A stretch of DNA of 50,514 nt from a virus (lineage: Duplodnaviria; Caudoviricetes). The notes under the pieces were generated by a model, which saw nothing but the letters and a program-made list of their open reading frames with translations, did not search any database and was not told the origin of the DNA. The position numbers and the translations under genes are program-made. Positions 26,892-36,685 of the stretch are shown in pieces. The DNA is taken from the IMG/VR virus record IMGVR_UViG_3300034001_000012, positions 1-50,514 of that record; one strand, given 5' to 3'. Numbering within the stretch: the stretch's first letter is position 1; every line of letters begins with the position of its first letter.

Positions 26892-29800
26892 TTAACTGAC
26901 GCGCGAGACGCCGCGCTGCGTGGCGCGCGAGATGTCGCGCGAGACGGTTTGTTTACTCTTCTCCCACTCCTGCGGGTTGGTGACTCCCTGGATGTAAATG
27001 TTCTGAGGAATGTGAACGGTGGGGCCCTGTCCGGACTTGAGACTCCCGGCCTTAATGAGTCCGCCTTGCGCCATGGGGCGCGGGCTGACAGAGCGCAATA
27101 TGTCGCGCCCCGAAGCCAGACCGCCGCGGGCAAACTCGGGGAAAATGCCTGTGGCCGTGATGAATTGAGAAAGTAGATTCCGGGTGCGGTTCTTGTAACG
27201 AGGGTCAGACGTTAACACCATCTCGTCATAGCCCGCTTCACCCGCGAGGATGAGTTGACCGCCGCTCCTGGCTGCGACGCCGCCGCCTGAAGCAAAGCCT
27301 CCGCCGAAGGCCGCAGCGCCGAACTCTTCGTCAGAGAGCGTACCGCCGATGAAGCTGCCGCCTGAGCTTCCGCCGCCGCCGGCGAAACCCAGCGCCGCCA
27401 TCAGAATCTTCGTCACGATCAGGCGGATGATGAGTTGCAGGAGCGCGGTTAAAAACGAGCGCACGAAATCAAGCGCAGCGTCCTTGGCCGATTTGGCTCC
27501 CGTCGCGACGTCCGTGAAGAACTGTGTCAGCCCTGAGGCCAAAGCGTCTTCGGCGGTCGCCTGAAGCTGGTCGCCGAAAGAGGCCTCTTCCTGGGTGGAC
27601 TGCTGGATGAGGCGCATCCTCCGCTCGATCTCGGCGGCGCGTTCCGGGTCTTTCTGCGCGCGCGCAATCTCTAGCTCGGCCTGCAATGCTTTCAAGAGCG
27701 CTTCCGCAGTCTGGCGGTGTAGCTGTAGGAGTTGCTGGCGCGAACGTATCTCCGACAACACACCCTGCTGCACGCGATCCTGGATGTTCGCTTCCTGGTT
27801 CTGTAACTGCTGCTCTAAGAGACGTGTTCGGCGCTCTGCCGCCTCTCGCTGCGCGTCCAGCGTCGGCTGGCCCAGATTCTTAGTCTCGCCCTTCAGCCGT
27901 TCGATCAGTTTTTGGAATTCCGGATTTAAGGAGAGGGTGGCAAGCTGCTGGAGGCGCGCGATGATGGCGTCCACTTCCCTCTTGTACTCGCGCTCTATCT
28001 CCAGGCGTTTAGTTGCCTGCTCTTCCTGGGAGAGACCTGAGAAGGCAATCTCGTCCGCGAGCGCCTGCTCCTTAAGCCCCCGTCGGCGCGCGGCGTCTTC
28101 CAGTTCGCGGTTAATCTGTGAGAGGTCTGCCGCAGCCTCTTTCTCGCTCTTCAAGGCTTCGAGAATGGCGAGCTGGCTACGGAGTTCGCGCAGGAGGTTC
28201 GAGGCGGTGGCCTGTGCAGCCGCGTCGCCGCTGGCCTTCGCCGTCTTCAGGTCGCTTTCGGCAGCCGCGATTTCGACGCGCAATTCCTTCAACTGCTCGC
28301 CAAGCTCTTCGTCGATGCCTATCTGGTCTGCCTTGCGCTGGCCGTCCTGCGTGTTGTCGGGGTTGATATTCTGCAGTTCCAGGAGCGCGGCGCGGTTGCG
28401 CCGGTACTGCTGCTCAATCTCTTTGAGGCGCTGTAACTCTTCGTTATCAACCTGTGCTTTGACATCCGCCTTCTGCAGTTTCAGTCTCGCCAGCTCTTCA
28501 GTCGCGCGCTTAATCTCGGCGTTCGTCTGGTCGCGCTCACGGTCTCCGTCTTTGCCCGCGGGGATTGAAGCCAGGCGGGTGCGCAGGCGTACCAAGTCTG
28601 CCTCGCGCAAGGTTATTTCGGCAGAGACGTCTGCCTCCAGAAGCGAACGCTTCTTAGAGAAGTAGGTGCGCACCGCCAGGAGCTTCTGGTCTAGGTTGCG
28701 CTGCAGCTCTTCGAGCGAGCGGCGATTACGGTCGCGCTCGTTCTCCAAATCCTGCCTGTCCTGCTCGCGCTGCTCGGCGTCGAGCGGCTCGAAACGTTCT
28801 TTCTTGCCCCCGCCCTTCTTACCACCGCTGCCCTTGAAATCCTTTCCGCCAGTTCCAATCCCCTCATCGCTCGCCTCCCCCTTCCAGGGGTTAAAGCTCT
28901 TCTTGATGGAGTCGGCCGTCTCTTTGCCGAAGCTCGGGTCACCGGGCTGGCCCAGTGTGGTGCTCGCTTCCCTGACATTGGTCGAGGCCACAGCCTTGTT
29001 ATATGCGTCGGCGGCCCTTTTACCGGCGGCATAGAACCTCGCTATGATGTTAGGCGCGAGCAGCGAATTGGCTAGCTCAAGCGCCTTCTGCTGCACGCCC
29101 GGAATCCCGCCCGAGATGGCATCCTTACAACCCTGGATGAATCGCTCGAACAGCTCTGCGCCCGCCCGCAGCACGCTCGCTCCCGCATCGCGCAGTGCTT
29201 TCAGCAGACTTGTAATCAGGTCAACGATAATCGCGATGAGGAGCTTGTTGAGGTTGAAGAGGATCTTGATGACGGCGTCCGAGATGTTTGAGACCACGCG
29301 AGCCAGCGCCATAAACGCCCCTGTTAGATCCCCGTCCAGCAGGCGAGCGATAGCCTCCACGATGCCGCCCACGACGCGCAGCGCCGTCAGCAGTACTGCG
29401 CTGATGATGTTCCACGCGCTCGCGATGACCGTCTTAACGGTCTCGCCATGCCGCTGCCAAAAACCTTCGATGGCTGCCAGCCCTTTGCTGACGAGCGACT
29501 GCAGGACGGGCAGCACACGGGTGAAGGTGCCATGGATTTCATTGAGCGCTTCTAAGACGAATGCTTTAACTGCGGCGAAGACCTTCTGCGTCGTCTCCTG
29601 GATACCAAGGAAATTATTTCGCCAGGCGATAACGGCGGCGATCACGGCTCCGGAGATGATGGCAGCCAAGGCGGCGAGTAAAGGTATTGCAGCCCCGACA
29701 ATGATGGCCACTTTCGCGCCGATGATAGCGACGGCCGCGATGATGGGCAGAAGGGCTGCTACAGCCAGCAGGATCGGGCCCAGGGCGACGGCTGCCACTC

Positions 29801-31130
29801 CCAGGGAGGCTACTATGACCTTCAGCGGCGTGGGCAGGCTCTTGAGGAAATCAATCACCATGCGCACGACTGGCAGGATGAGAGCCGACAACTGCTGCAG
29901 GATAGGAGTGAGAAACGGAAGGATGTACGCGCCCACTTCAGTCAGCGCGGCCTTCATCGTATTGAGGAAGATGGTGAACTGCGCTTTGAAGGTGGAGATC
30001 TGTTTCTGGAAAGCCGCGTCGGCTGCTCCCGTACTTGCGCCCCCCTGTTTGTTCTCCTCGTCTACCTTCTTTATGAAGTCGAGCTGTGAAAGAAGCTTTG
30101 TGACTCCGGCGCGCCCACGGATGTCGGGGAACAATTCGGCGATAGCCTTAGCCCGCCCTTCGGGTGACAGCTCATCAAGTTTTTTCTTTAAGTCTGTGAG
30201 AACGTCCAGAATGGGGCGGGCCTGCTTCGTTGCCTTGTCGAAGACCTCAACGCCTAATCCCTTCTCCAGTTTCTTCTGCGTCTCACTATTGCCGAGATGA
30301 TTGAAGACGTTATTCAAATACGTCATGTTCTCGGCAGCACTGCCGCCTTCTTTGGTCACGCCGGCGATGAGTGCACCCAGCGTCCCGATGTTGACCCCGA
30401 GAAGCTTTGCGCCGGAGGTGAGTTCGCCCAGCCCTCCGGCCAATTCAGCGCCAGTGACCACGCCGCGGTTGACCGTGTTGAAGAACACGTCCATGACGTA
30501 ATCCACCTGGTCAACCGACAGGTGATAGGCATTCAACACACCGATGGCGCTCGTGCCGAAGGTCTGCACGTCCGTGAGCGCCGCAGTCGCGCCGCGCCCC
30601 AGTTTCTCAGTCAGGACGAGCGCAGATTCCTGCGTGATGTCATCAATCGAAGAGAAGACGTCGTAGACTTCATCACCCAGTTTCGTTATTGACTGGGGGA
30701 TGCGCGTCTGCATCTGGTTGAGGGAGGAGAAGAGCTTGGAGGTGTCGAGGTCTGGACGAATAGCAGAGATGTTCGCGACCTGCGTCTGCAGGTCGCTGGC
30801 CAGCTTCGTCGCTGCAACACCTGCCGCCAATACGGGAGCTGTCACGCTGGCCGTTAGAACCGTTCCGACGGTCTTCATCCCTTGAGCGACCCCGTTGAGA
30901 GTCGCACTCAGAGACTGGAGCTTCGAATCCAATTCACTGCTTCCGCCTGCGAACAGAGAAAGACCCCTGTTCGAGGAGGAGGCGCTCGCGCCAACCTTAT
31001 CAATCGAACTAGAGGTCTTGTCTGCCTGGTTCTGAATTTTCTGGAGCTTGACGAGTTGATCGACAAGCTGCTTTATTTCACCCAGCCCGCGGACAATGGC
31101 TTCGATATCGATGGTGATCTTCTTTGCCAT
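26892..31130 (-). CDS. Tape measure protein
   Basis: 1412-aa helical protein, TP901-like core, hydrophobic segment, GFASGG...AGEAGYDE C-terminus. Confidence 0.95.
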   Translation of the reverse strand: MAKKITIDIEAIVRGLGEIKQLVDQLVKLQKIQNQADKTSSSIDKVGASASSSNRGLSLFAGGSSELDSKLQSLSATLNGVAQGMKTVGTVLTASVTAPVLAAGVAATKLASDLQTQVANISAIRPDLDTSKLFSSLNQMQTRIPQSITKLGDEVYDVFSSIDDITQESALVLTEKLGRGATAALTDVQTFGTSAIGVLNAYHLSVDQVDYVMDVFFNTVNRGVVTGAELAGGLGELTSGAKLLGVNIGTLGALIAGVTKEGGSAAENMTYLNNVFNHLGNSETQKKLEKGLGVEVFDKATKQARPILDVLTDLKKKLDELSPEGRAKAIAELFPDIRGRAGVTKLLSQLDFIKKVDEENKQGGASTGAADAAFQKQISTFKAQFTIFLNTMKAALTEVGAYILPFLTPILQQLSALILPVVRMVIDFLKSLPTPLKVIVASLGVAAVALGPILLAVAALLPIIAAVAIIGAKVAIIVGAAIPLLAALAAIISGAVIAAVIAWRNNFLGIQETTQKVFAAVKAFVLEALNEIHGTFTRVLPVLQSLVSKGLAAIEGFWQRHGETVKTVIASAWNIISAVLLTALRVVGGIVEAIARLLDGDLTGAFMALARVVSNISDAVIKILFNLNKLLIAIIVDLITSLLKALRDAGASVLRAGAELFERFIQGCKDAISGGIPGVQQKALELANSLLAPNIIARFYAAGKRAADAYNKAVASTNVREASTTLGQPGDPSFGKETADSIKKSFNPWKGEASDEGIGTGGKDFKGSGGKKGGGKKERFEPLDAEQREQDRQDLENERDRNRRSLEELQRNLDQKLLAVRTYFSKKRSLLEADVSAEITLREADLVRLRTRLASIPAGKDGDRERDQTNAEIKRATEELARLKLQKADVKAQVDNEELQRLKEIEQQYRRNRAALLELQNINPDNTQDGQRKADQIGIDEELGEQLKELRVEIAAAESDLKTAKASGDAAAQATASNLLRELRSQLAILEALKSEKEAAADLSQINRELEDAARRRGLKEQALADEIAFSGLSQEEQATKRLEIEREYKREVDAIIARLQQLATLSLNPEFQKLIERLKGETKNLGQPTLDAQREAAERRTRLLEQQLQNQEANIQDRVQQGVLSEIRSRQQLLQLHRQTAEALLKALQAELEIARAQKDPERAAEIERRMRLIQQSTQEEASFGDQLQATAEDALASGLTQFFTDVATGAKSAKDAALDFVRSFLTALLQLIIRLIVTKILMAALGFAGGGGSSGGSFIGGTLSDEEFGAAAFGGGFASGGGVAARSGGQLILAGEAGYDEMVLTSDPRYKNRTRNLLSQFITATGIFPEFARGGLASGRDILRSVSPRPMAQGGLIKAGSLKSGQGPTVHIPQNIYIQGVTNPQEWEKSKQTVSRDISRATQRGVSRVS

Positions 31131-31133
31131 TTG

Positions 31134-31822
31134 CTAGGCGTCCGTGAGAATGATGAGCGTCTCATCGTCGGCTTGGGTTGCGGGGCGTGGGTTGCGGAGT
31201 TCCGTGACGGCTCTCCGGATGGATTTCTCGTCGGATTGCGCGCCGATGGCGACGGCTTCTATTAAGTCAGCCTTGCGCCGACACTCCCGCTTCATCGCGG
31301 CAGCGCCAAGGACGCGCACCTGCGACATGGTGAATCCGAGAATGGTGTCGAAGTGGTAGCCGCCGCCGACGAGCGCGTCTACGAGGTCTGGCCAGTCCCA
31401 GCCGCCTGCGTCATCTGGTTCGTCGCTGCTTTGAATCTCTCCGTCAGTGTCGCCAGATGCGGCATGACGTGATTGACGAAAAAATCCTGGTTCTCGCTGA
31501 TGACGACCGCCAGTAGCTCAATGCCCTGGTCGAGCGGCAACTTATCGAACCACTCGCGCGACTTCCCGGCTGCGACCGCAAGGCACATCAAGACGTCTTC
31601 GCCTCCGAGCATGAACATCTCTTTGGCGTCGAACTGCCCGTCAGCGCTGACGAAGCGCAAGAGCGCGTAGATGTGGCGCAGGACTTTCGGCAACTGGCCG
31701 AGCGTGAACGGGTAGATGGTCAGCGTTTCTGGCTCAGCTCTGCCGTAGGGTTGAACTTCGACCTGGTTGGCCTGCGGGATGAGTTCCTGGAGGGAATCTT
31801 TTTCTTCGTTTTTGTCAGACAT
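31134..31822 (-). CDS. Tail assembly chaperone G/GT pair (G = 31379-31822; GT via -1 frameshift)
   Basis: Position between tail tube and TMP; slippery T TTT TTC at 31484-31478; -1 frame open to 31134. Confidence 0.8.
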
Positions 31823-31975
31823 GAAATTTTCCAGAGAAGGGATGTTTGAAGGAGGGGTACGGGGCGGGCGGGGTTTGCCAGGTTTCCGCGCGCTACAAGC
31901 TCCCGGCGGGGACGCCCCGTACTATAGTTGGCAGGTTAACTTCCTCAACTAATCAGCGATTAAGTAATCACTGAA

Positions 31976-32764
31976 TTAAGCGGGAAGCTGCGCATCCACA
32001 TAGGAGACGCGACCGAACGCACCCAGCGTCGAGTCTGACGACTTGGTGGAATCAAAGAGTGCCGTGAACTCTAGCTCCAGCGTAGCCGACTCGTCGTTGA
32101 TGAGCGGTATCTCCTTTGCTGGGTCGCCCTGGAGGCGATAAACCTCGGCGAACATGCGCTTGTTACCATTGGCCGTGTTCTTGCCGTGGAATTCGACGAA
32201 GAACTCCAGGTCGCCGGCGTTAAGGATGACAACCTGGGTGCGCGACGCGTAGGAGTAGGCGGCCTTCAAAGGCGGCGTGAAGCCCGTGAGGTTGATCAAT
32301 TCTATCTGGCCGAAGCCCGCGTCAATGATCCTGTAGTTCGTGCCGAGCACGAGCGTCGCAGGGGTGCCAGCCGAGTCGGTGATGACTACGGAGGAGACAT
32401 TCTCCTGCTTCAGCTTCCACAGGTCGTCCGCGGCGAGAGATGCCGGGGACAGCTCACCCGTGACAGAGCTTGAACTGATCGAAACCTTTGTACCGCCCGC
32501 GACCAGCGCGAGATTTTCGGCGTGGACGGATTTCAGCTTGATCTTCACCTTGGCCTTGCGCTGTTTGGTGATGACCTTGTCAATGAGGTTTTCGGGACTC
32601 GTAGAGTCCTTCACCTCTTCCTTATCCACTTCCGGCTCAATGGAAACTTCGGGCGCGTTGCCGACGAAGCGGGCCGCGTTTTTCGTCCCGTCGGAATTGA
32701 CCGTACCGAGGCACACTTTGCCGACGTTCCGCATGTAAACATTTTTCTGTAGCGCTAATGACAT
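31976..32764 (-). CDS. Major tail tube protein
   Basis: RFVGNAPEVSI, ENLALV, LELEFTAL; position. Confidence 0.85.
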   Translation of the reverse strand: MSLALQKNVYMRNVGKVCLGTVNSDGTKNAARFVGNAPEVSIEPEVDKEEVKDSTSPENLIDKVITKQRKAKVKIKLKSVHAENLALVAGGTKVSISSSSVTGELSPASLAADDLWKLKQENVSSVVITDSAGTPATLVLGTNYRIIDAGFGQIELINLTGFTPPLKAAYSYASRTQVVILNAGDLEFFVEFHGKNTANGNKRMFAEVYRLQGDPAKEIPLINDESATLELEFTALFDSTKSSDSTLGAFGRVSYVDAQLPA

Positions 32765-32816
32765 TTTGACTTTCCTCTCAGAGAGTGTTGGTAGGTATGG
32801 TTGACTTTGGCGAGAA

Positions 32817-33356
32817 TCACTCGAAAGTGATCGTACGGGTGACTTTGACTTTGAGCGCGAAGAGGTAGATGTGGCAGAGGGCCTCAGCCGATTGCCACCA
32901 GGAGACTGAGATGAGCTGCAGCTGCTTGTGACCTTTAACCCCGGCGAGCCCCAGCTTGGGCTTCTTCATGAAGGCAGCTTCGGCGGTGTCTTTCAGATTC
33001 ACGCATTCGACCTGCGAGTTATCCGCGTCCGTGCCCTGGCGGTAGGCTTTGACCAAGCCGAGCTTGAGCGTGACCTCCGAATCGGAGTCAATCGTTTGTC
33101 CCGCAAGCTCGCTCTCGTCCAGATTCTCAAAATAATCCTCTTCAATTTTGTTCGTCGAAGGTGATGTGAGATCAACCATCCAGGTATGCACGATTCTTTC
33201 GCCGTCTACCACGTCCTGGTCACTGCGAAAATCATCCGCCGAGTCACCCTCCTTGACGGGCAGCCAGCGCGGAACCACCTGCGCCTTCACGTCCTCGGCC
33301 TGGAGGATGTCGCAAGCTGCTGTAATGATGTCGATGGTCGAAGGCTGTAGACTCAT
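32817..33356 (-). CDS. Putative tail terminator
   Basis: Synteny, size. Confidence 0.6.
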   Translation of the reverse strand: MSLQPSTIDIITAACDILQAEDVKAQVVPRWLPVKEGDSADDFRSDQDVVDGERIVHTWMVDLTSPSTNKIEEDYFENLDESELAGQTIDSDSEVTLKLGLVKAYRQGTDADNSQVECVNLKDTAEAAFMKKPKLGLAGVKGHKQLQLISVSWWQSAEALCHIYLFALKVKVTRTITFE

Positions 33357-33877
33357 ATCTTTAAGTGGCGGTCAATGTAATCGTGCACGAGGTCTGAGGC
33401 TTCTCCTTCAAGGATGACGCGTGCGGTTTCGATGGGGAACCTCCCCTTAATGCCGTCCTCGTGGATGTGGCGGTTGATGAGAAATGCAAGCTGGTCTTTG
33501 GTAGTTGAGGCGTCCGTGGGCTGCAAGCCCACGACGTCAATCCAGTGGCGGATAGCGGGCGGGGGCGCGAACTTTGCGTCCTTGGGGCGTCCCCATTCAA
33601 TCGTCTCCACCTTCTCTCTTTTGTCTTCGGAGAAGATGTGAGTATGCACGCGGCTCCCGCTCTGCCCGACGAACTCCGTCAGCCCGCGCCATGAATCGAG
33701 AAAGTCCTGTTCGGCGATGGCATCTACGTCATAAATCTGCTCACGGACGAGCTGGATGGCGCGCGGCTCAACTACGTCCTGCATCGCGTCGTAGACGGTC
33801 TCAGGCAGTTCATCCTTGAGCGCCAGGAGTGATTCCGGCAGCGGGTCGATGTCAATGATCAGTGAATAAGGCTTCAT
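33353..33877 (-). CDS. HK97 gp10-like neck protein
   Basis: IEWGRP...PPP.AI..W...GI.GRF pattern. Confidence 0.65.
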   Translation of the reverse strand: MKPYSLIIDIDPLPESLLALKDELPETVYDAMQDVVEPRAIQLVREQIYDVDAIAEQDFLDSWRGLTEFVGQSGSRVHTHIFSEDKREKVETIEWGRPKDAKFAPPPAIRHWIDVVGLQPTDASTTKDQLAFLINRHIHEDGIKGRFPIETARVILEGEASDLVHDYIDRHLKI

Positions 33878-34245
33878 GCCTTTTCGCCCGTCGTCTCAAA
33901 GCTTAATTGCCAGTACTTGGGGTTGTCGCTGAGCGTCGGCCTGGCGTCAGTCTTCCTGTGGTTGAGCCCGCGGTATCTGAAGCCCGACACCATCTGGATA
34001 ATTTCACGAGTCATATCATCACGATCGTCGGTAATGAACATGCTGATGACTGAGGCCTTCTTGCCGTCTACCTCCTCATCTTCATAACTGATGAACCACC
34101 CGCCATCGACCGTGTAAAGAACTTCGTAGCCGCCCTTGTTGGGGCCCGACTGCGCTTTTTTCACCAGCTCCACCGTTTGCGGCATTTCGAGCTGGTTGCG
34201 GGCATTGTCCAGGCTCTGGCGCATTTTCTGAGTGTAATCGGGCAT
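33874..34245 (-). CDS. Putative head closure protein
   Basis: Synteny; start MPDYTQK. Confidence 0.5.
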   Translation of the reverse strand: MPDYTQKMRQSLDNARNQLEMPQTVELVKKAQSGPNKGGYEVLYTVDGGWFISYEDEEVDGKKASVISMFITDDRDDMTREIIQMVSGFRYRGLNHRKTDARPTLSDNPKYWQLSFETTGEKA

Positions 34246-34253
34246 CGCTCTAC

Positions 34254-34745
34254 TTAGCCGAACGTGAGAGGCAGGAACTTTTCGGCCATCGCCAGGCAAT
34301 GGTCGTAGGTCTTGGTGTCGAATTCGAGCTTGCTGAATTTCATCTTCGCGTCGGGTACGACCTTCGAAGCCTTCAGAAGCCAGCCCGCGCGCGCAGCCGC
34401 GCGCGCGTCGTAGATGTTGGTGAAATCAGGGCCGAACTGCTGCCAGACGGCATCCCCGTCGTAGACTGTTGCTGCCTGCCTTGTTGGCCAGTAGCCGGGC
34501 TCGGCCACGCCGGAGGTTCCTCCCTTCACACACCTGTAGCGGCTTCCCGTGCGCACCGTGGGCAACACCTCGTCACCCACGCTGTATTCGGTCTCAGCCG
34601 TCCACGTGCTCGCGAGCTTGTGGTTGTCAAGGAGCGTGTCCAGTTCGTTGCCATCGCCATCTGTCGTCAGCGTTGGTTCAACTGCCGGCTGCAGCCAGAG
34701 AATGAGTTGCGCGCGCGCCGCGGCGCGGTCTGTCTCGTCAGACAT
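34254..34745 (-). CDS. Head-tail adaptor with inserted CBM5/12-like module
   Basis: YDARAAARAGWLLKA adaptor motif; WTAETEYSVGDEV...YRCVKGGTSG..EP insert. Confidence 0.65.
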   Translation of the reverse strand: MSDETDRAAARAQLILWLQPAVEPTLTTDGDGNELDTLLDNHKLASTWTAETEYSVGDEVLPTVRTGSRYRCVKGGTSGVAEPGYWPTRQAATVYDGDAVWQQFGPDFTNIYDARAAARAGWLLKASKVVPDAKMKFSKLEFDTKTYDHCLAMAEKFLPLTFG

Positions 34746-35017
34746 TAAGCTTCGGCCTCCTGCAAGCGGCGGATGACTGGCGCGGGCAGGTCGGGAATCT
34801 TTTCCCCTTTCGCCACCGGCGCGAAAGACTCACTGGTGACGATGACGGTGAAGAGATGCCTCAGCTCGTCATAGAAGGCTTCGACGAACGCGGCGTCTTC
34901 GGGGAGTGGGTTAGCTATAACTTCAAAAATCCCGCAGCCCAAACACATGAAGACCTCCGGCGTTACGCACAGTAGCGCGACACGTGCAGGCCTGGTCTTC
35001 AATTCCGTGTCAGTCAT
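34745..35017 (-). CDS. Hypothetical protein
   Basis: TAATG coupling both sides. Confidence 0.6.
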   Translation of the reverse strand: MTDTELKTRPARVALLCVTPEVFMCLGCGIFEVIANPLPEDAAFVEAFYDELRHLFTVIVTSESFAPVAKGEKIPDLPAPVIRRLQEAEA

Positions 35018-35739
35018 TAGTTCGTAAACTCACCATTGCGGAGGAAGCCGTGATAGTTGCGCGTGGCGATGCTGCCCGCACCGGCGCCGCACGTTACGCC
35101 ATTCTTATCAACGGTGATGTTCGGAGCCTGGCCGTGACGAACCCAGCACTTATGAGGCCGCGCGTCCCTGTAGCTTTGGCACAACTCGTACTTGTGCGAG
35201 AGATAAGGCACGCCGCACTCGGCGCAGGGGCTGTCGCAGTTGTTGGCTCGCCCGTCTATGTTCCAGGGAGTGTTGTCGGGAAGGATGACAACGAGGGAAT
35301 GCCCATCCGGGCCGCGATAATGATCCGTGCCCTCGATTAACATCCAGTCGGCGTGATACATCGCGCCGGGCGGGAGTTCTCCCAGGGAGAGCAGCTCTCC
35401 CGTATCTGGGCGCAGCCACAGCCGGTCGGTCGCGAGTTGCCAGAAGTCTACGTCTTTGAACTCGTAGCCGCACCTGCACACCCGAGGCCAGCGCTCATCA
35501 TCGTGCGGCCAGAAGTCGCCCTGCGTGATGCGCTCGTCCGTCTCCAGCCCGACGGGTATAGGCACCTCTATGGTGTCAATCAGTACCGATTCGTCGTGGC
35601 AACTGTATTCGCCGCCGCGTGCCGGGCAGGGCAGAAGATTCTTCGCGGGGGTGGAATCATAGTTCCACCGCGACGCGTAGCGGCGCAGGGAGCGACGTAC
35701 GCTGGTCGAGCGCTCGACTGTGAAGCAACGGATACTCAT
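35017..35739 (-). CDS. Cys/His-rich protein, possible DUF6527-like C-terminus
   Basis: HKCWVRHG.APNITV...CGAGAGSI...YHGFLRNG. Confidence 0.6.
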   Translation of the reverse strand: MSIRCFTVERSTSVRRSLRRYASRWNYDSTPAKNLLPCPARGGEYSCHDESVLIDTIEVPIPVGLETDERITQGDFWPHDDERWPRVCRCGYEFKDVDFWQLATDRLWLRPDTGELLSLGELPPGAMYHADWMLIEGTDHYRGPDGHSLVVILPDNTPWNIDGRANNCDSPCAECGVPYLSHKYELCQSYRDARPHKCWVRHGQAPNITVDKNGVTCGAGAGSIATRNYHGFLRNGEFTN

Positions 35740-35963
35740 TACCTGGTTTTGCTGCTCTTCCTTGACTTGTTCTCAGGCGCTCCGGAGATCGCCTTGTTCT
35801 CCGCCGGAGACGGGACTGCTTTAGCCCCGTCCTGACGTATTACGTTGTCGCTTTCCGTGCGCACCATCTGACCATCCTTAAGCTGCATCTCAACCACAGA
35901 GCCGCGCATGCGCAGCACAGTGGCGGGGATCAAGACAGCTTCATCTGGATTAAAAGTTTTCAT
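35739..35963 (-). CDS. Small head-associated protein
   Basis: AENKA/PENKS repeats typical of post-capsid ORFs. Confidence 0.6.
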   Translation of the reverse strand: MKTFNPDEAVLIPATVLRMRGSVVEMQLKDGQMVRTESDNVIRQDGAKAVPSPAENKAISGAPENKSRKSSKTR

Positions 35964-35974
35964 AAACGGTTACT

Positions 35975-36126
35975 GGTGAATAAAGGCTGCGGCAGTGCCT
36001 AAGAGCTTCAACCACTTCAGGAGTACCTAAAGCTGTGGGTCTTTCGGGCGTACTCGTTTGCACCTGCTACTACAACGCCTTATTCGCGCGTGCGAAGCCT
36101 CGCACGCAGCCACAGCCCTCATCACC
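35975..36126 (-). ncRNA. Candidate multibranch structured RNA
   Basis: ~18-bp closing stem plus internal stems GCGTGCGA/TCGCACGC, GGTGC/GCACT, GAGTAC/GTACTC. Confidence 0.5.
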
Positions 36127-36135
36127 TTCGCGTGC

Positions 36136-36579
36136 TTAGACCGAAACCGCAGCCGCGTCCTGCGACACGGGCAGATAGCGCCCGTTGAAGAGCAAGACCT
36201 GCACGCTGTACGCGGTTGAAGGCGTAGTGCCCGCAGGCGTGCCGACGATGCGCAGGTAACGCTCGCGCTTCGCCAGATTGATGTTCATCACGTAGGAGTT
36301 ACCCTTCGTGGCGTCAATCGCCTGGCCGGCAATCTGCGCGAAGGCCGCTCCCGCGACATCCGCAAACGCGTCCACCGAACCGTTGTCGCTCGACTCCTGG
36401 ACTTTCACGTCCAGGGTCTCGTCGCCGGTTGTGCGGTCGTGCGCGCCGATGTGCAGGATGACGAGCGCGCGCTCGAAGCCCTGGCAGTCAACTCCGGCGC
36501 CGTTGGCGCCTGCGGTGCGTACCTCGGGATCGAGCGAAGGCTTGACCAGCACGTGTTCACTCGGAGTATGGATATTCAT
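36136..36579 (-). CDS. Capsid cement/decoration protein
   Basis: Directly after MCP; beta-rich, VKVQESSDNG, RYLRIV. Confidence 0.7.
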   Translation of the reverse strand: MNIHTPSEHVLVKPSLDPEVRTAGANGAGVDCQGFERALVILHIGAHDRTTGDETLDVKVQESSDNGSVDAFADVAGAAFAQIAGQAIDATKGNSYVMNINLAKRERYLRIVGTPAGTTPSTAYSVQVLLFNGRYLPVSQDAAAVSV

Positions 36580-36685
36580 CTTTACTTTCCTTCTATTCGG
36601 AGAAGAGACGGAGGTGGCAAAGGCTGTCAAGGCCGCTCCGTCTCGTTGGATTGATCAATCGGATAAGAGTGAAGGCGAGATGCCT

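Noticed and set aside
31857-31922. Stem-loops between structural genes (also about 36606-36645)
   Set aside because: Consistent with ordinary mRNA stabilisers or partial terminators
36056-36110. Pistol-ribozyme-like 3' end (GCGTTG...CAGGTGCAA, - strand)
   Set aside because: No upstream TTGC P2 strand or pseudoknot partner
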